From contig CAZNNX010000004.1 of assembly GCA_964574485.1 (NCBI GenBank), forward strand, positions 1 to 43,258: DNA of 43,258 nt, written 5' to 3'. This DNA comes from an uncultured Saprospiraceae bacterium. Lineage in GTDB: Bacteria > Bacteroidota > Bacteroidia > Chitinophagales > Saprospiraceae. The position numbers and the translations under genes are program-made. Under the pieces are notes generated by a model. That model made no database searches, was not told the origin of the DNA, and saw only the letters and a list, made by a program, of their open reading frames with translations. Of the stretch, positions 27,514 through 35,616 are shown one piece after another (the stretch's first letter is position 1; each line of letters opens with the position of its first letter).

Positions 27514-27529
27514 GCTAAAATAATGCCAA
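27514..27529 (-). promoter_or_regulatory. Candidate sigma54 (-24/-12) promoter
   Basis: Minus strand TTGGCATTATTTTAGC is GG-N10-GC, 35 bp upstream of the ATG at 27478. Confidence 0.4.
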
Positions 27530-27609
27530 GACTTTCCAAACAACTCAATTTCTCTCGTTTAGTAATAAAATAAATTTTTAAAAATATTGTTTAATTAAAG
27601 AAATGCCGT

Positions 27610-27617
27610 TATATTTG
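27610..27617 (+). promoter_or_regulatory. Bacteroidota housekeeping promoter -7 element for tRNA-Arg
   Basis: TATATTTG matches TAnnTTTG; TTG lies 20 bp upstream (27587-27589). Confidence 0.75.
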
Positions 27618-27635
27618 CATCCGCATAAAATGTGA

Positions 27636-27709
27636 GGTTCCGTAGCTCAGCTGGATAGAGCATCTGCCTTCTAAGCAGACGGTCACAGGTTCGAATCCTG
27701 TCGGGGCCA
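27636..27709 (+). tRNA. tRNA-Arg(TCT)
   Basis: Acceptor GGTTCCG/CGGGGCC, D-arm GCTC..GAGC, anticodon arm TCTGC-CT-TCT-AA-GCAGA, T-arm ACAGG-TTCGAAT-CCTGT, discriminator A; CCA not encoded. Confidence 0.97.
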
Positions 27710-27710
27710 C

Positions 27711-27744
27711 AAAGCCTTCAGTCTTAGACCGGAGGCTTTTTTTT
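27711..27744 (+). terminator. Rho-independent terminator after the tRNA
   Basis: AAAGCCTTC...GGAGGCTTT stem followed by a T run. Confidence 0.8.
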
Positions 27745-27751
27745 ATTAGAC

Positions 27752-28171
27752 ATGAAAAAAATGATTTTATCAATGGCTTTGTTGTGCTTTTTTGGTTGCA
27801 AAGACCAAAAAAACGCCTTTGTTTATTGTAAATCTAAGGAGCTGTTGATTTTAAAAAATGCATTCGATAAAGAATCAGCCTTGATCGTATTGTATCGTGG
27901 CGATTCAGTTCAACTATTGGGAGATACAATTTACAACAGAAGTGAAAATCAAGAAGAAAGCATTGACAGCTCGGTCTATTATGTTTTAGTTAAAGCTAAA
28001 AGAGGGGTGAAGGGCTGGGTTTTATCGTCTGATTTACAAAAGAATCCAATTAAATTCAATACATTTGACAAAAATAAAAGAGTTAAATCTATTCAGGATG
28101 ATACATCTGATAGTTTGAAGTCTTTACAATCAGATACCTTTTTTAAACCTCAAAAAGACAGTTTACATTAG
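27752..28171 (+). CDS. Lipoprotein with SH3-like domain
   Basis: Lipobox FFGC; L.RGDSVQLL...YVLVK...GVKGWV resembles bacterial SH3. Confidence 0.65.
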   Translation: MKKMILSMALLCFFGCKDQKNAFVYCKSKELLILKNAFDKESALIVLYRGDSVQLLGDTIYNRSENQEESIDSSVYYVLVKAKRGVKGWVLSSDLQKNPIKFNTFDKNKRVKSIQDDTSDSLKSLQSDTFFKPQKDSLH

Positions 28172-28172
28172 C

Positions 28173-29216
28173 ATGAAAACTAATAATTCACTTACCATAC
28201 TCTTCATTTTTTCCCTCTTATTTACTTCTTGTATGGGAACAATACAATTTAGAGTGATGAAACCGGCAGATATTGATGTTCCTCAGAGTATACAGTATTT
28301 GGCAACAGCCAACCGTTATAAACCTGATAAACCCTCTCGTGCCTGGAATGTTATTGAAGGAATTTTATCTGGGGAAGGAATTGGGATGGATAGAAGAAGC
28401 GCAGAAGTTTGTCTGGAGGGATTAAACGCAGTCTTGAATGAATCTCCCAGATATAAGTATGCCCAGTTGGCAATAGATTTGCCAGGAACCGGAACGGCCA
28501 ATTTTCCTGAACCACTGCAAGCATCAGAGATAGACCGTCTTTGTCAAATGTCCAAAGCAGATGCATTGGTGACAATCGAAGCTTTTGATTCAGACTCAAA
28601 GGCTGATTTTAGTACATATACAAGAAAAGTTACCCAAAATAATGAATCGAGAGATGTAACTTACCATAGGGTGGAATCAAATGTTAGAGTAACAGTGGGT
28701 TGGAGAATGTACAGAGCGAAAGATGGTGTTATCTTGGATCAATATCGAATGAATGAAAATTTAGTTTTTAAAGGTGAGGGTACTTCTCGCAATGATGCAG
28801 TTTCTAAACTTCCTTCTAAAGAAAATATGGTAAGGGAAGTTGGAAGAAGGTTAGGCAACTTATATGCAAGCCGTATTTCTCCAGCATGGTTTTGGGTGAG
28901 TAGAAACTATTTTACACAGGCACCTAAAACTCCCGAAATGAAATTAGCCAGAAGAGCAGTTCGTGTAAATAATTGGGAAGAGGCTGCTCGTATTTGGAAA
29001 ACGGTTTTATCCAAAAATGATCCAAAATCTGCTTCAAGAGCTATGTATAATTTGGCTTTGGCCTCAGAATATACAGGTGATTTGAAATCTGCTACAGATT
29101 GGTCAGAACAGGCCTATAAAAATGGTTTGCAAAGAGCTTTGGGATATAATGGAACGTTAAGACAAAGACTGTTTGATGAAGAAAGATTGAAAAATCAACT
29201 ATCAAAACCAGAATAG
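28173..29216 (+). CDS. Lipoprotein with C-terminal TPR (DUF6340-like)
   Basis: Lipobox FTSC; VMKPADIDVP; WEEAARIW...AMYNLALASE. Confidence 0.75.
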   Translation: MKTNNSLTILFIFSLLFTSCMGTIQFRVMKPADIDVPQSIQYLATANRYKPDKPSRAWNVIEGILSGEGIGMDRRSAEVCLEGLNAVLNESPRYKYAQLAIDLPGTGTANFPEPLQASEIDRLCQMSKADALVTIEAFDSDSKADFSTYTRKVTQNNESRDVTYHRVESNVRVTVGWRMYRAKDGVILDQYRMNENLVFKGEGTSRNDAVSKLPSKENMVREVGRRLGNLYASRISPAWFWVSRNYFTQAPKTPEMKLARRAVRVNNWEEAARIWKTVLSKNDPKSASRAMYNLALASEYTGDLKSATDWSEQAYKNGLQRALGYNGTLRQRLFDEERLKNQLSKPE

Positions 29217-29217
29217 T

Positions 29218-29640
29218 ATGTTAATGCCTTTTCATTTGGCTATACCCGTTAAAAATCTAGAGGAATCAAGAAAGTTTTATTCAGACTTGTTACAATTGGA
29301 AGAGGGAAGAAGCTCTGATTCCTGGATTGATTATAATTTTTACGGACATCAGTTGGTTATCCATTTGAAACCTGAATATTTTGATTCCCTTCAAAATAAT
29401 TTATCTAATCTGGTTGATGGACATGGGGTGCCTGTTCCGCATTTTGGAATGGTATTGGAATGGAGCGATTGGGAAAATTTGGCCGGAAAGTTAGATGGTT
29501 ATGTTGATTTCAAGATAAAACCTTATATTCGTTTTCAAGGACAGGTAGGGGAGCAAGGAACATTCTTTTTTTTAGACCCCTCAGGCAATGCCTTGGAATT
29601 CAAAGCCTTTAAAAATCTTGATACTTTATTCGCTAAATAA
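29218..29640 (+). CDS. VOC/glyoxalase family protein
   Basis: PFHLAIPV, EGRSS..WIDYNFYGHQLVIH, VPVPHFG, DPSGNALEFK. Confidence 0.93.
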   Translation: MLMPFHLAIPVKNLEESRKFYSDLLQLEEGRSSDSWIDYNFYGHQLVIHLKPEYFDSLQNNLSNLVDGHGVPVPHFGMVLEWSDWENLAGKLDGYVDFKIKPYIRFQGQVGEQGTFFFLDPSGNALEFKAFKNLDTLFAK

Positions 29641-29646
29641 ATTTCC

Positions 29647-31854
29647 ATGAACAAATTTTTATCAACCCTATTTCTTTTGATTTTATTTTCTACCGTATCA
29701 TTTGCGCAGGAAGACCTAAAAAAGGCTGAAAAAGCGTATAGAATGAGCGATTATTACACAGCAATCTATTATTTTGAAAAAGCATTTGAGGTTAAAACCT
29801 TCACCAAGAAAAAGAAGTCAAAGGTGATTGAGAGTTACTTTAAATATGCAGAATCATGTAGAAATACCTTTAATTTCCCCAAAGCTGAAACTTATTATAA
29901 ACTTGTGTATTCCGATCCTATTGAGGGTGTGAAATATCCATTGACCAGGTTTCATTATGCATCGGCTTTGAAGCAGTTGGCAAAATATGAGGAGGCAAAA
30001 ACTTCATTTCAAGAATTTATCGATTTTAAATCCAATTCAAGAGAAATAGAAAAATTTAAGACTATTTCACTGCAAGAACTTAAATCCTGCGATCTGGCTA
30101 TTGAACTAATGAAATCCCCTGTCAAAGAAGTTAATATTGAGGCCTTACCCAATACTGTGAATACTAAATATTCAGATTTTGCTGCGCATATCTATGGAGG
30201 TGAATTATATTATTCTTCATTGAAATTCGAAACTGTTGAATCCAAAAAAGGCGGAAAAGAGAAAAAAGAGTTGTTTGGCAAGCTAATGTATGCTGGCGAT
30301 TTGGGAAAGAAAAAAGGAATGTTAATTCCCATACTAAATCAAAGACTTACCAATGTGGGCAATTCAGCATTAAGTTTGGACAATACCAAACTTTACTATA
30401 CGATTTGTGCAAAGAATGAGGTAAATGAGGTGATCTGCAAGATCTATGTTTCGAGTCGAAACAAGGACGGTAAGAATTGGACCAAAGGTAAAATTCTGGA
30501 TATCAATAATGTTAAGGGAACAAATACACACCCTCATATTGCCTTCGACAGCATGCAAAGAAAAGAAGTGATGTATTTTGTTTCAACCCGCGAGGGGGGG
30601 CAGGGTGATATGGATATTTGGAGGGTATTTATAGAATCTGATGGAACCCTAGGTGATCCGGAGAATTTAGGTGCAATAGTGAATACGATAGGTAAAGAAG
30701 CTACACCATTTTTCCACACGCGTACTCAAACCTTGTATTTCAGTTCAAACTGGCATCCCAATCTGGGGGGGTATGATATTTTCAAAACACAATTTGTGAA
30801 TGGAGCTTGGACAGAACCTATCAATTTGGGGACACCAATGAATTCCGCAGCTAATGATATCTATTTTTACATTACTCCCAACAATGATACGGCTGGATAT
30901 TTTTCAAGTAACAGACCAGGTTCTAAAATTTTGGTGGGGGAATCCTGTTGCAATGATATATATAGCGTTAGCTTTCCTTCTGTTCTGGGAAGAGCTGTTC
31001 AACTTGTTGATTACAGTTTACCAGAAAAATTAGCAGATAAAAATTCATTGATAACTAAAAATGGCAATGAGGAAAATACAGAAGAAGAAGAAGAAGAAAT
31101 TGTAGTTGCGCCAGTTCCTACCGTAGAAGAAAATTCTCAGGTTGAAACAGAGAAAAATATAGAAAAACCTATCACAACAACTGAAAATACATCTTCCAAA
31201 ACAGAGCTGAAGGAAAATAAGAATGAAGAAAATAAAGAGCTAGAAGATGAATCGAATGAAGATGTTGACATCAACGATTTGGAAAGAATGTTACCCATTT
31301 CCTTGTATTTTCATAATGACGAGCCAGAACCGAAAACAAAACAAACATTAAGTAACACAGATTATTCCAGGTCTTATCAAAGCCTGATGAGTTTGAAACC
31401 AACTTACTTGAGTGAATACAGTGGACAATTTTCGGATAATCTTGAAATTGTAAGGGCTAAAAATAATGTCAATGTTTTTTTTGATAAGGTTAAAACAGAA
31501 TATGATTATCTAAATGTCTTTATCAAAGGAGTCAAAACTTTTCTTGATAAAAATGTGAATTTAGAAATTCAGATTCGTGGTTATTGCAGTCCTTTATCTT
31601 CTACAGACTACAATAAAAACTTGGCAAAAAGAAGAATCTCAAGTTTGAAAAATAAATTTTTAGAGTTTGAAAAAGGAGTATTGGTAAAATACGTGGCCAG
31701 AGGAAATTTAAAAATTATTGAATTGCCAATTGGAGAGGAAGAGATAAGTTCTGCCATTAGTGATGATCCAAACGATCCGGCTAATTCGATTTACAGCCCT
31801 GAAGCTTCAACAGAAAGAAGAGTAAAGATTGAGGCAATAAAAATTGTCAAATAA
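29647..31854 (+). CDS. PorE-like TPR-PD40 propeller-OmpA periplasmic protein
   Basis: N-terminal TPRs; PD40 motifs (YFVSTREGGQGDMDIW, LYFSSN..LGGYDIF, NLGTPMNS); acidic linker; LYFHNDEP...GYCS...YNKNLAKRR...ERRVKI OmpA-like domain. Confidence 0.85.
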   Translation: MNKFLSTLFLLILFSTVSFAQEDLKKAEKAYRMSDYYTAIYYFEKAFEVKTFTKKKKSKVIESYFKYAESCRNTFNFPKAETYYKLVYSDPIEGVKYPLTRFHYASALKQLAKYEEAKTSFQEFIDFKSNSREIEKFKTISLQELKSCDLAIELMKSPVKEVNIEALPNTVNTKYSDFAAHIYGGELYYSSLKFETVESKKGGKEKKELFGKLMYAGDLGKKKGMLIPILNQRLTNVGNSALSLDNTKLYYTICAKNEVNEVICKIYVSSRNKDGKNWTKGKILDINNVKGTNTHPHIAFDSMQRKEVMYFVSTREGGQGDMDIWRVFIESDGTLGDPENLGAIVNTIGKEATPFFHTRTQTLYFSSNWHPNLGGYDIFKTQFVNGAWTEPINLGTPMNSAANDIYFYITPNNDTAGYFSSNRPGSKILVGESCCNDIYSVSFPSVLGRAVQLVDYSLPEKLADKNSLITKNGNEENTEEEEEEIVVAPVPTVEENSQVETEKNIEKPITTTENTSSKTELKENKNEENKELEDESNEDVDINDLERMLPISLYFHNDEPEPKTKQTLSNTDYSRSYQSLMSLKPTYLSEYSGQFSDNLEIVRAKNNVNVFFDKVKTEYDYLNVFIKGVKTFLDKNVNLEIQIRGYCSPLSSTDYNKNLAKRRISSLKNKFLEFEKGVLVKYVARGNLKIIELPIGEEEISSAISDDPNDPANSIYSPEASTERRVKIEAIKIVK

Positions 31855-31932
31855 TAGGATGATATGAGTCATTAACTTTTCAAATATATTTAATTAATTT
31901 GCAGAGATTATAATAAAAAAATAAATAAGATT

Positions 31933-32889
31933 ATGGGTACAATAACGGGAATACCACAGGTTGATTTGGCGCAATTTGTTCATGGAAATTCATCAGAAAA
32001 AGCAGCTTTTGTTCAGGAATTAGGTAGAGCATTTTCTGAAATTGGTTTCGTAAGTGTAACAAATCATGGCATACCATTAGAATTGGTTAATCGATTTTTT
32101 GCTTTGTCAACTGAATTTTTTGCAATGGAAAGTGACAATAAAACAAAGTATGAAGTGAAGGGTGGAGCCGGACAAAGAGGTTATACATCTATTGGTAAAG
32201 AACACGCCAAACACTCTAATGTAGGCGATTTAAAGGAATTTTACCAGTTTGGTCAGGAACTACCGGAAGGACATGAATTAGAAAATGAATATCCTGCCAA
32301 CATTTATGTGGATGAAATGCCTGAATACAATAAAGTTGCGAGAGACTTATATGTTTCTTTTGAGAAGTCTGGTGAGTATCTATTGCAGGCTATTGCCCTT
32401 TATTTGGGTTTGGATGTTGATTATTTTAAAAAGCATATCGAGGGAGGAAATAGTATTTTAAGAGCAATTCATTATCCGCCTATCACTTCTGAACCCAAGT
32501 CGGCCATCAGAGCTGAAGAGCATGAGGATATAAATCTGATTACCTTGCTATTTGGTGCTTCTGCTGACGGACTTCAGGTGAGACCTATTGGTCATGATTG
32601 GATTGATGTGAAAGCTCTTGGTGACAGTATAGTAATCAATGTAGGTGATATGTTGCAAAGACTAGCAAACAACACCTTGAAGTCCACAACACACAGAGTT
32701 GTGAATCCACCTAGAGAATTATGGGGAACTTCACGTATCTCAATTCCATTTTTTCTACATCCCAGAAGTGACATGGATTTAACTTGTTTGCCCTCCTGCA
32801 TCACTGAAGAGAATCCTTTACAGTATGAACCCATCACTGCGGGGGCCTATTTAGATGAAAGATTAAGAGAAATTGGTTTGAAAAAGTAA
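31933..32889 (+). CDS. 2-oxoglutarate/Fe(II) dioxygenase, isopenicillin N synthase family
   Basis: IPQVDL, GFV.V.NHG, HxD (HEDINLITLL), NVGDML, HRV, RxS (RISIPFF). Confidence 0.93.
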   Translation: MGTITGIPQVDLAQFVHGNSSEKAAFVQELGRAFSEIGFVSVTNHGIPLELVNRFFALSTEFFAMESDNKTKYEVKGGAGQRGYTSIGKEHAKHSNVGDLKEFYQFGQELPEGHELENEYPANIYVDEMPEYNKVARDLYVSFEKSGEYLLQAIALYLGLDVDYFKKHIEGGNSILRAIHYPPITSEPKSAIRAEEHEDINLITLLFGASADGLQVRPIGHDWIDVKALGDSIVINVGDMLQRLANNTLKSTTHRVVNPPRELWGTSRISIPFFLHPRSDMDLTCLPSCITEENPLQYEPITAGAYLDERLREIGLKK

Positions 32890-32931
32890 TCTAATCTCTT
32901 CGAGATTAAGTTTAAAATAAATTAAATGTTA

Positions 32932-32939
32932 TATATTTG
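32932..32939 (+). promoter_or_regulatory. Bacteroidota promoter -7 element upstream of the skp cluster
   Basis: TATATTTG matches TAnnTTTG. Confidence 0.6.
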
Positions 32940-32943
32940 CTGC

Positions 32944-32970
32944 GTCTCGTTACAAGTATAGTAACGAGAC
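32944..32970. repeat. Perfect 10-bp inverted repeat (hairpin/terminator or operator)
   Basis: GTCTCGTTAC-AAGTATA-GTAACGAGAC followed by TCTTTGTT. Confidence 0.75.
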
Positions 32971-33048
32971 TCTTTGTTAATATTTAGTTAAGCTTTCTTT
33001 ATTTTACCGATTGGCACGAAAATCGAAAGTAACATTTAAAATAAAAAC

Positions 33049-33552
33049 ATGAAGAAATTATTTTTATTGACTTTAGTTTGTTTCAGTTTTCAATTGCAAG
33101 CTCAAAAAAGTGCATATGTAAATATGGAAAAAATCATGGAATCTGTTCCAGAGTATGCACAGGCGCAAAAAGAATTGGAGGAAACAGCCGAAAAATGGCG
33201 ACAGGAAATTTCGAAGGAGTATGATCGGATAGATCAGTTGTATAGAGAATATCAAGCCAAAGAAGTATTGATGAGTGATGAAATGAAAAAGCAAAGGCAG
33301 GATGAGATATTGGCCAAAGAAAAAGAGGTAAGAGAATTACAAAAGAAAAGATTTGGTCCGGAGGGCGAGTTATTTCAAAAAAGACAATCTTTGGTTAAGC
33401 CTGTGCAAGAGAAGGTTTACAACGCAATAGAAAAATTTGCAGGCGATCGTAATCTTGATTTTATCTTCACTGCTCCGGAAGGTACCACCATTATCTATGC
33501 AAAGGCAGATAAAGACATGACCAACGAGATTATCAAATTACTTCAAAAATAA
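33049..33552 (+). CDS. skp: Skp/OmpH periplasmic chaperone, copy 1
   Basis: Signal peptide, AYVNMEKIM..VPEY, long coiled coil, FGPEGELFQKRQ.LVKP.Q, LDFIF. Confidence 0.92.
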   Translation: MKKLFLLTLVCFSFQLQAQKSAYVNMEKIMESVPEYAQAQKELEETAEKWRQEISKEYDRIDQLYREYQAKEVLMSDEMKKQRQDEILAKEKEVRELQKKRFGPEGELFQKRQSLVKPVQEKVYNAIEKFAGDRNLDFIFTAPEGTTIIYAKADKDMTNEIIKLLQK

Positions 33553-33557
33553 ATAGA

Positions 33558-34088
33558 ATGAGAATCATCTGTAAGATATTTACCCTTTCCTCTCTTTTAA
33601 TTCTGATGTCTTGTACATCTGAGAAAAGTAGCCCTTCCATTAAAGGACAGAAAATTGCTTATGTGGATCCTGAACAAATCATCCCTTCTATGCCAGAATA
33701 TATCAAAGCGAAGGAAGAATTTGAGTCTTTAAAATCTAAAATGCAATCAGAATTAGAAGCTGAACAAGGAAAAGCCCAGTCTTATTATGCCAATGTAATG
33801 AGCAGAGTTCAGCAAGGTTCCATGTCTCCTGCCCAACAAAAACAAGAGGAAGAGAAATTGATGAAAATGCAGGAAATTTTGCAGAAAAAAGCCATGCAAA
33901 TGGAGGAGCAAATGGTAGCAAAAGAACAAGAAATGACCAAGCCTATGTATGATAAATTTAACGAAGCTTTAAAAGAGATTGCAAAAAGCGAAGGTTATAT
34001 CTATGTTTTTGATAAAAAAATGATGCTTTACTCTGAAGGTGGTATTGATGCTACCCCCAAATTAAAGCAGAAGCTGGGAATTAAATAA
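33558..34088 (+). CDS. skp: Skp/OmpH chaperone, copy 2, predicted lipoprotein
   Basis: Lipobox LMSC; KIAYVD...MPEY; GYIYVFD; DATPKL. Confidence 0.88.
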   Translation: MRIICKIFTLSSLLILMSCTSEKSSPSIKGQKIAYVDPEQIIPSMPEYIKAKEEFESLKSKMQSELEAEQGKAQSYYANVMSRVQQGSMSPAQQKQEEEKLMKMQEILQKKAMQMEEQMVAKEQEMTKPMYDKFNEALKEIAKSEGYIYVFDKKMMLYSEGGIDATPKLKQKLGIK

Positions 34089-34108
34089 TAAACAACAAAT
34101 TATAAACT

Positions 34109-34618
34109 ATGAAATTCACGAATCTTTTCTCATTGTTCTTTATTCTCATCGTAACAAGCCAAAGTTATGGGCAAAATCAGAAAATTGCCTTTGTAGATGT
34201 TGACCAGGTGCTTCCTAACATGACAGAATATAAGGCAGCAAAATCTGAACTTGAATCTTACAAAAATATTTTAAAGAAGCAATTAGAAGGTGACCAAAGC
34301 AAGGCGCAACAATATTACTCTGAGGTTATGAAAAAAGTCCAGGAAGGTTCTCTTTCTCCCGCTCAACAGAAAATTGAAGAGGATAAATTAATGAAAATGC
34401 AGGAAGAACTTCAGAAAAAGGCTTCAAAAGCCGAAGAAGATATCCTTGCCAAGGAACAAGAACTTACGAAGCCTATGTATGAAAAATTTAATGAGGCACT
34501 TAAGTCAATTGCCAAGTCTAGTAATTATGCCTACATTTTAGATAAAAAATTACTTCTTTACTCAGAAGGAGGCGAAGATGCAACACAAAAATTAAAAACA
34601 GCACTTGGTGTACAATAA
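34109..34618 (+). CDS. skp: Skp/OmpH chaperone, copy 3
   Basis: Signal peptide; KIAFVD...MTEY; YAYILD; DATQKL. Confidence 0.88.
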   Translation: MKFTNLFSLFFILIVTSQSYGQNQKIAFVDVDQVLPNMTEYKAAKSELESYKNILKKQLEGDQSKAQQYYSEVMKKVQEGSLSPAQQKIEEDKLMKMQEELQKKASKAEEDILAKEQELTKPMYEKFNEALKSIAKSSNYAYILDKKLLLYSEGGEDATQKLKTALGVQ

Positions 34619-34625
34619 TATATCT

Positions 34626-35126
34626 ATGAAATTTATTATCATTCTTATTGGATTTACTTTCTTTGGGTTTTATTCATTGCAAGCTCAAATGACTTTGGCA
34701 CATGTAGAATCTGACTCTGTAATACCTTTTATGCCTTCTTATCAGGAAGCTATGAATACATTACAGTCTTATGCACAAATTTTACAAAAGCAATTGGAAG
34801 GGAAAGAGGCAGAGGCTCAAGCTTATTATATGGAGTATGCTGAAAAAAAGAAAAAGGGATTGTTGGCACCCAAAGAAGAACAGGATTACCAAACAAAATT
34901 GCAGCAGATGGAAGAAAAATTAAAAACATCTGCTCAAGAAATGGAGAAGAAATTAGAAGATAAGGAGGTGGAACTGATGAAACCTATTGAAGATGCTTAC
35001 AATAAAGCCATTCTTGAAGTTTGTAAGGAGAATAAATATGCCTATATAATCGATAAAAAAATGGTCTTATATGCAGAAGGAGGAATCAATGCTACACCTA
35101 AGGTAAAAGCCAAATTAAATTTATAG
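34626..35126 (+). CDS. skp: Skp/OmpH chaperone, copy 4
   Basis: ATG 34626 gives a signal peptide (MKFIIILIG...LQAQ); LAHVES...MPSY; YAYIID; NATPKV. Confidence 0.88.
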   Translation: MKFIIILIGFTFFGFYSLQAQMTLAHVESDSVIPFMPSYQEAMNTLQSYAQILQKQLEGKEAEAQAYYMEYAEKKKKGLLAPKEEQDYQTKLQQMEEKLKTSAQEMEKKLEDKEVELMKPIEDAYNKAILEVCKENKYAYIIDKKMVLYAEGGINATPKVKAKLNL

Positions 35127-35127
35127 A

Positions 35128-35616
35128 ATGAAACCAAGTACATTAGCTTGTCTGTTCCTGTCTTTTTTATTCATATTATCATGTCAACCCAAAAAAGGTT
35201 TGGCAGATACCAAGGCAACTACAAATTATTTCCCATCTGTTTTAGGGGATTTGCTTTTTAATCTTCCTTTGGATGAAGTATTAAAGAGAAGACCAGATTT
35301 AGCTCCGGTGAACTATGTGAATGATGCCTTTGTATTTAGAAAAGAATTTGTAGAGGAATTAAAGTTTGAAGGCTTGTGTAAGGTTATATATTATTTTGAT
35401 ACTGATAATTTCAAACCTCTCTATGAAGTAATTTTAGTATTTGAGGATGAAAAGTCTAGAGACGTACAAGCCCAAAATCTTTTAGGTAAACCCAATGCCG
35501 AATCAAATTCTGAGTGGCTGTTCGATTCAGGTTCAGGGTATAAAATTAAGGCTTGGAAATTTGAAAAAAAATTGGTTCTTGCTGCCTTATTGAGTGGCAC
35601 TGAATGGGAGCCTTAG
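35128..35616 (+). CDS. Hypothetical lipoprotein
   Basis: Lipobox ILSC; starts 1 bp after skp copy 4. Confidence 0.7.
   Translation: MKPSTLACLFLSFLFILSCQPKKGLADTKATTNYFPSVLGDLLFNLPLDEVLKRRPDLAPVNYVNDAFVFRKEFVEELKFEGLCKVIYYFDTDNFKPLYEVILVFEDEKSRDVQAQNLLGKPNAESNSEWLFDSGSGYKIKAWKFEKKLVLAALLSGTEWEP

Noticed and set aside
27636-27744. tRNA-Arg as the attachment site of an integrated element
   Set aside because: The tRNA is followed directly by its terminator and ordinary genes; no adjacent integrase and no duplicated tRNA 3' end was seen.
31081-31098. (GAA)6 as a phase-variation tract
   Set aside because: In-frame triplet encoding poly-Glu in a disordered linker; slippage would not shift the frame.
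31933-32889. Beta-lactam or other biosynthetic gene cluster
   Set aside because: A lone IPNS-family oxygenase with no NRPS, PKS or tailoring neighbours.
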